This document shows positions 57,700-64,000 of a stretch of DNA of 64,000 nt, in pieces (position 1 is the first letter of the stretch; every line of letters starts with the position of its first letter). Made by a program: the position numbers and the translations under genes. Below the pieces are notes generated by a model, which did not search any database, was not told the DNA's origin, and was given only the letters and a program-made list of their open reading frames with translations. The DNA lies in the NCBI GenBank assembly GCA_965199755.1, contig CBDASZ010000001.1, positions 1 to 64,000 on the forward strand, in the 5' to 3' direction. Origin of the DNA: an uncultured candidatus Porisulfidus sp. (GTDB lineage Bacteria; Pseudomonadota; Gammaproteobacteria; Poriferisulfidales; Poriferisulfidaceae).

Positions 57700-58546
57700 G
57701 TGCCAGGTGGGTATAAATCTGCGTGGTGCCTAAATCGCTGTGGCCGAGCAGCATCTGGACGACCCGAAGGTCCGCGCCATGGTTCAGCAAATGGGTGGCG
57801 AATGCGTGACGCAGGGTGTGTGGAGAAAAGGGTTGGGCGATATCGGCCGTACGCGCCAATTTTCGCAGATTTTGCCAGAAAGCTTGTCTGGACATCGCCC
57901 GCCCACGCCGCGTCACGAACAGATCCTCGCTGGAAGCGCGACCTTTCATCAGGATTGGGCGGCTATCGCGCAAATATTGTTCCAGCCAATCGGTCGCGCA
58001 TTCGCCGAACGGCACCAGACGCTCCTTGGCACCCTTGCCGGTCAAGCGCAATACAGCCGCCTTGAGATCCACCTGCCCGCGTTGCAACGACACTAGTTCG
58101 CTGACGCGCAAGCCGCAGGCATACATCAATTCCAGCATGGCGCGATCGCGCAGGCCGTAAGCGGTCTCGCAATTCGGAGCAGCCAGCAGACGCTCGACTT
58201 CCTTCTCGCTGAGCACCGAGGGCAGATGCCGCGGCAGCTTGGGCGAGAACACCCGCTCGCAAGGATCGTCTGTGCGCAAGCCGCGACGTTTGGCGTAGCG
58301 ATAAAAGGTGCGGATAGCCGACAGGGCGCGCGCCACACTCGACGCGCTCAGATCCTCGCGCAGCCGCACAGCCAGATACGACTGCAAGGTGCTGGAGTCC
58401 GCTGTCAGCAACGCGTTGTTCGCATCCTCAAGCCAGCGCGCATAGGCTTCGAGGTCGGTGCGGTAGGACTGCAACGTGGCGTGCGCCAGTCCTCGTTCCG
58501 CCCAACTGCTGTCGAGAAACGCGTCAATGGTGCTGCCATCAGACAT
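57653..58546 (-). CDS. xerD: Site-specific tyrosine recombinase XerD
   Basis: RDRAMLELMYACGLRVSEL, GKG.KER, SPHTLRHAFATHL, LGHSD..TTQIYTH, HHPRG; conserved xerD-dsbC order. Confidence 0.95.
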   Translation of the reverse strand: MSDGSTIDAFLDSSWAERGLAHATLQSYRTDLEAYARWLEDANNALLTADSSTLQSYLAVRLREDLSASSVARALSAIRTFYRYAKRRGLRTDDPCERVFSPKLPRHLPSVLSEKEVERLLAAPNCETAYGLRDRAMLELMYACGLRVSELVSLQRGQVDLKAAVLRLTGKGAKERLVPFGECATDWLEQYLRDSRPILMKGRASSEDLFVTRRGRAMSRQAFWQNLRKLARTADIAQPFSPHTLRHAFATHLLNHGADLRVVQMLLGHSDLGTTQIYTHLAHDELKTLHQTHHPRG

Positions 58547-58596
58547 GGCAGCAGTATACTTCACCCTCAAAGCCGCAAACACATCCAACGAACACC

Positions 58597-59010
58597 ATGA
58601 ACCCGGTCAGCCTATGGCAGCGATTTGCCTGCCTGTTCTACGACAGCATCGTACTGGTGGCGATCTGGTGGGGCGCGAGCCTGCCGTTCGGCATGGTGGA
58701 CTTGACCGTGCCAGGCTCAGCGGAACGCATCACCTATTACGTCTATCTGACCACCATCGGCGTACTGTATTTCGTGTTGTGCTGGTGTCGCCGTGGCGCG
58801 ACACTCGGCATGCGTGCCTGGAGAATCCACATCACCACCCGTGACGGAAACCCGGTGCGCTGGGAGGCGGCGCTGATCCGCGCACTGGGCGGGATCGTGT
58901 CAGCGGCCTGTTTCGGCTTGGGATTCTTCTGGTGCCTGTTCAGCGCCCGGCGACAATGCTGGCATGACGCATGGAGCGCCACCGAGCTGTCACGCGCCGC
59001 AGCGGATTGA
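58597..59010 (+). CDS. RDD family membrane protein
   Basis: R.A...YD, G.TLGM.AW, WHD..S.T. Confidence 0.88.
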   Translation: MNPVSLWQRFACLFYDSIVLVAIWWGASLPFGMVDLTVPGSAERITYYVYLTTIGVLYFVLCWCRRGATLGMRAWRIHITTRDGNPVRWEAALIRALGGIVSAACFGLGFFWCLFSARRQCWHDAWSATELSRAAAD

Positions 59011-60124
59011 ACTGCCGCAACACCAGTATGCCCGCCGCCAACAGCAACAACAGCACCAGCGGCAGAAATGCCGCCACCCATGCCGGGTATCCCAACACCA
59101 TGCCGAGATGCGCGAATATGCGGTTAAATACATAAATACCAATACCGCTGATGACCCCGACAAAAATGTGCTGACCCAAGCCGCCGCCACGCGATTGCGT
59201 CAACGCGAACGGCAACGTCAGCAACAACACCACGATACAGGACAAGGGTGTGGCGATACGCTGCCAACGCGCGAACCGATAAGCCCGCAAATCAAGCGGA
59301 GCGTCTGCGAAATACTGCAAATAGCGATGCAAACGCATCAGCGACATCTCATTCGCCGGCAGCAGCATGAGTTCCAGCACCTGCGGCGGCGGCAAAAACG
59401 CGGCGGCCTGTTGCGCGTGATGCTGCTGCTCAACGGTGCCATCTTCCTGCAGCACGCTTTCACGCACGTCCTGCATCTGCCAGCCCTCCTCGGAGAAATA
59501 CGCGGTGCGCGCGTACAAACTGCGGCGCAGTAGCTGGTCTTCGTCCAGCCGGTAGACCAGAATATCGTTGATTCGATCACCGCCGACGCCACGGCGAAGG
59601 TGGATGAAGTTCTGCTCCTCGCGCAGCCATAAACCACGGCTGTTGTGTGACTGCGACTGATGCGCGTGCTTGATGTCCCAGCCCGCTTCAACTCCAGGCG
59701 GTGCCACAATCTCACCAATGAAAATCGTCACCGCCGCCATCACCAGCCCCAGACCAAACAGCAGCGGGGCCAATCGTCGCGCGCCAAAATTGGTGCTGCG
59801 CAGTGCCGTCATCTCATTGTCCGCCACCAGTTGGCCAAGCCCCAGCAGGCTGCCTACAAACACGCACACCGGCAACACTTCGTAGGCGCGTTGCGGCGTG
59901 CCTAAAGCGATGACCTGCAACGCTTGCGCGAAACTGTAGCCTTCAGGATTCACATAGCGCACTTCGTCAATGAAATCGATCAGTGTCAGCAACACCACCA
60001 CGGTCAACAGCACCCCGCCGATCATCAACAGCAGGCGGGAACTCAGATACCACAGCAGAATATGCGAAGACGGCGTCCACCATGAGGCCATGCGCCGCAA
60101 GCGGTCTTGCAGGGCAGTCATCAT
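58940..60124 (-). CDS. lptG: LPS export permease LptG
   Basis: LG.L...NE.TALR, GLW.R, six TMs with beta-jellyroll; ATGA overlap with lptF. Confidence 0.88.
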   Translation of the reverse strand: MMTALQDRLRRMASWWTPSSHILLWYLSSRLLLMIGGVLLTVVVLLTLIDFIDEVRYVNPEGYSFAQALQVIALGTPQRAYEVLPVCVFVGSLLGLGQLVADNEMTALRSTNFGARRLAPLLFGLGLVMAAVTIFIGEIVAPPGVEAGWDIKHAHQSQSHNSRGLWLREEQNFIHLRRGVGGDRINDILVYRLDEDQLLRRSLYARTAYFSEEGWQMQDVRESVLQEDGTVEQQHHAQQAAAFLPPPQVLELMLLPANEMSLMRLHRYLQYFADAPLDLRAYRFARWQRIATPLSCIVVLLLTLPFALTQSRGGGLGQHIFVGVISGIGIYVFNRIFAHLGMVLGYPAWVAAFLPLVLLLLLAAGILVLRQFNPLRRVTARWRSMRHASIVAGR

Positions 60125-61212
60125 GCGTCTCCGAAGCGATGCCAACGCAGTTGGTGTCGCCGGTGCCAGTAAAACAGTGCCGCGACCGCGCCAGCCATCA
60201 GCACATGCACCCACCAGACCCCGGCCCACACCGCCCAGTTGCCGCTGCGCACCTGTGAGGTCGCCATGAGCTGCAGCTGGGCATATCCGAGATAGATCAA
60301 GACGGCATAGACGACGCCGGCATATTTACCCTGACGCACGGACTGGCGCGCCAGCAACAAGGCCAGCACCAGCACCAGCAGCAAGGATATGGGAAGTGAC
60401 AAGCGCCATTGCAATTCGCCTGCCGCTGCCGACGAATCAGCATCCAGCAACTGCCCCAGCGTCATATACTTGGGACTGCTCCAGGCATGTTCCGGGACCG
60501 CCACGTCTATGCGCAGCCGATGCCGCTCATAAGACATGCTACTAAGGTCGGCGTCGCCCGGCCAGCCGCTGTAGCGGTGGCCGTGTTCAAAGTCCAGGAG
60601 ATACTGCTGCTGCGTCTCGTTCAAATGCCGACGCACCCGCTCCGCGGTCTCAATGTGTACCTGCTGCGTTTGCGGATCGTAGATGGCAAAAAACACGTCT
60701 TCCGCCACGTCCTCCGCCGCCCGCCCCGCGTACATGGCCCACTTGCCATCCTGCGTCTGCACAAAGCGCCCGCCGACGGCAAGACCAATGCCGGATTCCA
60801 GCCGTGCCTGGTGGTGCGAGATTTCGGCCTGTTGCGACAACTGCGGCGTCACGAACAACACCATGACCGCCAGCAATGCAGATAGCGGAATCCCCAGTAC
60901 GAACAGCACTTGTAGCAGACGCCGCTCGGAATAGCCACAGAAATGCAGCGAGGTAATCTCGTTGCCGCGATACAACTGTCCCAGCGCAAGGACCGCGGAC
61001 AACAACACCAGAAACGGCATCAGGTGTACAAAGTACGCAAACAGTTTGTTCAGCAGCAAACTCGATACCAGACCGCCGGAGAACTTGCCTTCCATCACGT
61101 AGCCCAACTGCTGCATCAGCAGTTTGCTTGCGATCAGCAGCAACAACACCACGGTCACGGCAAACGTGGTGCGCAGGATTTCACGAATCAGATAGCGATC
61201 AAGTAGCAGCAT
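60121..61212 (-). CDS. lptF: LPS export permease LptF
   Basis: LDRYLIRE, LG.LY..NE, G.RY.G.PG, ELQWRLS.P, WWVH; divergent from pepA. Confidence 0.9.
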   Translation of the reverse strand: MLLLDRYLIREILRTTFAVTVVLLLLIASKLLMQQLGYVMEGKFSGGLVSSLLLNKLFAYFVHLMPFLVLLSAVLALGQLYRGNEITSLHFCGYSERRLLQVLFVLGIPLSALLAVMVLFVTPQLSQQAEISHHQARLESGIGLAVGGRFVQTQDGKWAMYAGRAAEDVAEDVFFAIYDPQTQQVHIETAERVRRHLNETQQQYLLDFEHGHRYSGWPGDADLSSMSYERHRLRIDVAVPEHAWSSPKYMTLGQLLDADSSAAAGELQWRLSLPISLLLVLVLALLLARQSVRQGKYAGVVYAVLIYLGYAQLQLMATSQVRSGNWAVWAGVWWVHVLMAGAVAALFYWHRRHQLRWHRFGDA

Positions 61213-61272
61213 TCGCGGCAGGTGATTTGTTAGAATTTCCCGTTTAATTATCCGACATTCAAAAACTGTCCC

Positions 61273-62766
61273 ATGAAATTTACGCTAACTCGCCAAAGCG
61301 GCGAGAAAATATCCTGCGATTGTCTGGTCGTCGGAGTCTACAAGGATGGAAAAATGACCGCCGACGCAAAGGCGGTTAATCGCGCCAGCGGCGGCGTGAT
61401 TGGGGACATCGTGAAGCGCGAAGCCACGGCTACCTCCGTCGGCAGTCTGAGTGCGCTGCACTCACCGCGCAAAGTGGCCGCCTCACGGGTGCTGGTGCTC
61501 GGTCTGGGTGATCCTGAAAAACTTGATGCGCGACGCGCCGTGCGCGCGCTGGAGCGCCTCGCGGGCGCACTGGCCTCCGGCAACACCGGCCGCGCCGCCA
61601 TTGCCACCGCGGGCATTGAAGTACAAGGACATAGCAACCGCTGGCTGCACCGGCAGCTGGCGATGAAACTGGAAGCCGCGACCTATCAGTACCGCGAAAC
61701 CAAACCTTCCGCCAAAACCCGCAAGACCCCGCTTCGCTCAGTGCGGGTGCTTGCCGGCTCCTCAAGCGCGGGGCTGCGCGACGCTCTGGAACAGGGCCGC
61801 GCCATCGCGGACGGACAAGCGCTGACACGCCGACTCGGCGATCTGCCGCCGAATCGCTGCACCCCGGAATATCTGGCGCGACAGGCGCGGGTGCTGGCGC
61901 GCGGCGACAAACGATTCAAGGTCACTGTGCTGGGTCCGGCGGAATTGAAGAAACGGCGCATGGGCGCATTGCTGGCGGTCTCTCAAGGCAGTGACATTCC
62001 GCCGCGCATGGTTGTGATTGAGTATCGCGGCGCGAGCGCAAACGCGCGTCCGCCTATCGCTCTGGTCGGTAAAGGCGTGACTTTCGACACTGGCGGTATC
62101 TCGATCAAGCCGAGCCACGCCATGGATGAGATGAAGTACGACATGAGCGGCGCGGGCAGCGTGCTGGGGACGTTATCGGCCTGCGCGCAATTGAATCTGC
62201 CGCAGCGACTGATCGGCGTCATCCCGACGGTGGAGAACATGCCCGGCGGGCACGCCACCCGACCCGGCGACGTGGTCACCAGCGCTTCCGGGCAGACCGT
62301 GGAAATTCTCAACACCGACGCCGAAGGCCGACTGATTCTGTGCGATGCCTTGCATCATGCACGCCGCTTCAAGCCACGGATTATTCTTGACATCGCCACC
62401 TTGACCGGTGCCTGCGTCGCGGCGCTGGGACACCATGCCTCCGGTGTCTTCAGCAAACACCCCGAACTGCAGCAGCAACTTGTCGAGGCCGGTGAGGAAG
62501 CCTGGGATCGGGTCTGGCCGCTACCGCTGTGGGACGATTATCAGTCGGAACTCGACAGCAATTTTGCCGACATCGCGAATATCGGCTCGCGCTACGCCGG
62601 TGCCACCACGGCCGCCTGCTTTTTGTCCCGGTTCACCGGAAACGTGCCGTGGGCGCATCTGGATATTGCCGGCACCGCCTGGAATACCGGCAAGAAGAAA
62701 GGCGCGACCGGACGACCGGTACCGTTGCTGGTGAGCTTCCTGATGCGCGACGCCGCGGGCACCTGA
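61273..62766 (+). CDS. pepA: Leucyl aminopeptidase
   Basis: VGKGVTFDTGG, MKYDM, NTDAEGRL, HLDIAG, GATGRPV. Confidence 0.96.
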   Translation: MKFTLTRQSGEKISCDCLVVGVYKDGKMTADAKAVNRASGGVIGDIVKREATATSVGSLSALHSPRKVAASRVLVLGLGDPEKLDARRAVRALERLAGALASGNTGRAAIATAGIEVQGHSNRWLHRQLAMKLEAATYQYRETKPSAKTRKTPLRSVRVLAGSSSAGLRDALEQGRAIADGQALTRRLGDLPPNRCTPEYLARQARVLARGDKRFKVTVLGPAELKKRRMGALLAVSQGSDIPPRMVVIEYRGASANARPPIALVGKGVTFDTGGISIKPSHAMDEMKYDMSGAGSVLGTLSACAQLNLPQRLIGVIPTVENMPGGHATRPGDVVTSASGQTVEILNTDAEGRLILCDALHHARRFKPRIILDIATLTGACVAALGHHASGVFSKHPELQQQLVEAGEEAWDRVWPLPLWDDYQSELDSNFADIANIGSRYAGATTAACFLSRFTGNVPWAHLDIAGTAWNTGKKKGATGRPVPLLVSFLMRDAAGT

Positions 62767-62770
62767 GATC

Positions 62771-63190
62771 ATGGCCGGCGTGCATTTCTATATTCTGAAA
62801 GGCGGCAACCGAGAACGCGCCGCCTGCCAACTGGCTGAACGCGCAGTCGCGCAAGGGCATCAGGTGCATATCCGCACGGCTGACGCGCAGGCCACTGAAG
62901 CACTGGACGCCTTGCTGTGGGTGTTTCGGGATCAGGCTTTTCTGCCGCACAGCGTCGGTGCCTCAGACACACCGCACACGCCAGTTAGCATCCATGAGCA
63001 ATGGCTGCCTGATGATCGCGACCTGCTGATTAATCTGGCGGTAGATGTGCTGGAGGACTTCTCCTCCTTTGCCAAAGTTGCGGAAGTGGTGGGACCGGAT
63101 GATCAATCAAAATCGCAAGGCCGTAAACGCTTCCGGGCCTATAAAGAGCATGGCGTCGAGCCTCAACACGAGGTCCTCAAGACCTCCTGA
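62771..63190 (+). CDS. holC: DNA polymerase III chi subunit
   Basis: FYIL, AC.L, LD.LLW....AFLPH, GR.RFR.Y; between pepA and valS. Confidence 0.92.
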   Translation: MAGVHFYILKGGNRERAACQLAERAVAQGHQVHIRTADAQATEALDALLWVFRDQAFLPHSVGASDTPHTPVSIHEQWLPDDRDLLINLAVDVLEDFSSFAKVAEVVGPDDQSKSQGRKRFRAYKEHGVEPQHEVLKTS

Positions 63191-63219
63191 AGCCGCCGCA
63201 AGCGCCACAGGACAGGCGC

Positions 63220-64000
63220 ATGGACAAAAGTTACGAACCTGAACGCATTGAAGCCTTCTGGCGGCAACGCTGGGAGGAATCCGGCGCATTCGCGCCGCGC
63301 GAGGACGGCGAGTCTTTTTGCATCATGCTGCCACCACCGAACGTCACCGGCACGCTGCACATGGGGCATGCGTTTCAGGACACCTTAATGGACGTCCTTA
63401 CGCGCTGGCGGCGCATGCAAGGGCGCGCGGCCTTGTGGCAACCCGGCACCGACCACGCCGGCATCGCCACACAGATGGTGGTGGAGCGCCGTCTGGAACG
63501 TGAGGGACGCTCGCGCAAGGAACTCGGACGAGACGCCTTCATTGACGAAGTCTGGCGCTGGAAACAGGAATCCGGCGGACGCATAACCGCGCAGTTGCGC
63601 CGCCTTGGTGCCTCGGTGGACTGGACGCGCGAGCGCTTCACCATGGACGAGGACCTGTCTGAGGCGGTGCGCGAAGTGTTCGTGCGCCTGTATGAGGAGG
63701 ACTTGATTTATCGCGGCAAGCGACTGGTCAACTGGGATCCGGTGCTGCACACGGCACTATCGGATCTGGAAGTGATCTCCACCGAAGAGGACGGCCACTT
63801 GTGGCATCTGCGCTATCCGGTCAATGGCAGCGACGCGCATCTGGTGGTCGCCACCACCCGCCCTGAAACCATGCTGGGAGACACTGCGGTCGCCGTGCAC
63901 CCTGAGGATGCGCGCTATCAGCAATGGGTCGGGCAGACCGTACGTCTACCACTCGCCGAGCGCGACATTCCGATCGTGGCGGATGATTATGTGAACCCGG
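63220..64000 (+). CDS. valS: Valine--tRNA ligase, 5' part (runs off window edge)
   Basis: ATG 63220 MDKSYEP..IE...[14 protein letters not shown]...[11 protein letters not shown]...[11 protein letters not shown]. Confidence 0.96.
   Translation, partial: MDKSYEPERIEAFWRQRWEESGAFAPREDGESFCIMLPPPNVTGTLHMGHAFQDTLMDVLTRWRRMQGRAALWQPGTDHAGIATQMVVERRLEREGRSRKELGRDAFIDEVWRWKQESGGRITAQLRRLGASVDWTRERFTMDEDLSEAVREVFVRLYEEDLIYRGKRLVNWDPVLHTALSDLEVISTEEDGHLWHLRYPVNGSDAHLVVATTRPETMLGDTAVAVHPEDARYQQWVGQTVRLPLAERDIPIVADDYVNP

Noticed and set aside
57653-58546. Tyrosine recombinase as a mobile-element integrase
   Set aside because: The sequence and the xerD-dsbC context identify the housekeeping XerD; no dif or att site was seen nearby.
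1-64000. CRISPR array, rRNA, intact IS/transposase, prophage or retron/RT gene
   Set aside because: No regularly spaced repeats, rRNA motifs, DDE/HUH/RT motifs or phage structural genes were seen by eye; nearly all space is explained by recognisable genes.

Overview
GC-rich (roughly 60% by eye), densely coding chromosomal segment of a Gammaproteobacterium. It is very probably a sulfur oxidiser (DsrS-like gene, Alvin_2107-family gene) and possibly a marine or host-associated, genome-rearranged lineage. Most of the window is housekeeping: accA(partial)-dnaE-rnhB, gnnA-gnnB-lpxB, bfd-bfr, dihydroorotase, tRNA-Gly, plsY, bioH-bioC, cysQ, def-fmt-DUF4390-ntrY/ntrX-like-trkA-trkH, cysS, hisI, aas-like fusion, dedD-cvpA-purF, lpxH, ftsH-glmM-tpiA-secG-tRNA-Leu, addA-like, xerD-dsbC, lptFG, pepA-holC-valS(partial). 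The best candidate for an uncharacterised system is the tightly coupled operon behind tRNA-Gly: TrpD/YbiB-like protein, Sel1 protein, MoxR-type AAA+ ATPase, HExxH/VWA protein, DsrS-like protein, alpha/beta hydrolase and SixA. Other notable items are a gnnAB-lpxB block inverted relative to rnhB-dnaE, a ~96-nt structured RNA candidate after bfr, a textbook Fur-boxed promoter, and a clean absence of folP from its usual position. Several short AT-rich scars hold decayed accessory genes: a frameshifted DUF1640-like gene, a DUF4143 ATPase, a BMP/autotransporter deletion fusion and a MADS Mad3-like ATPase remnant. No CRISPR array, rRNA, intact transposase or prophage was seen. All family assignments come from motif recognition and recall, not from database searches.
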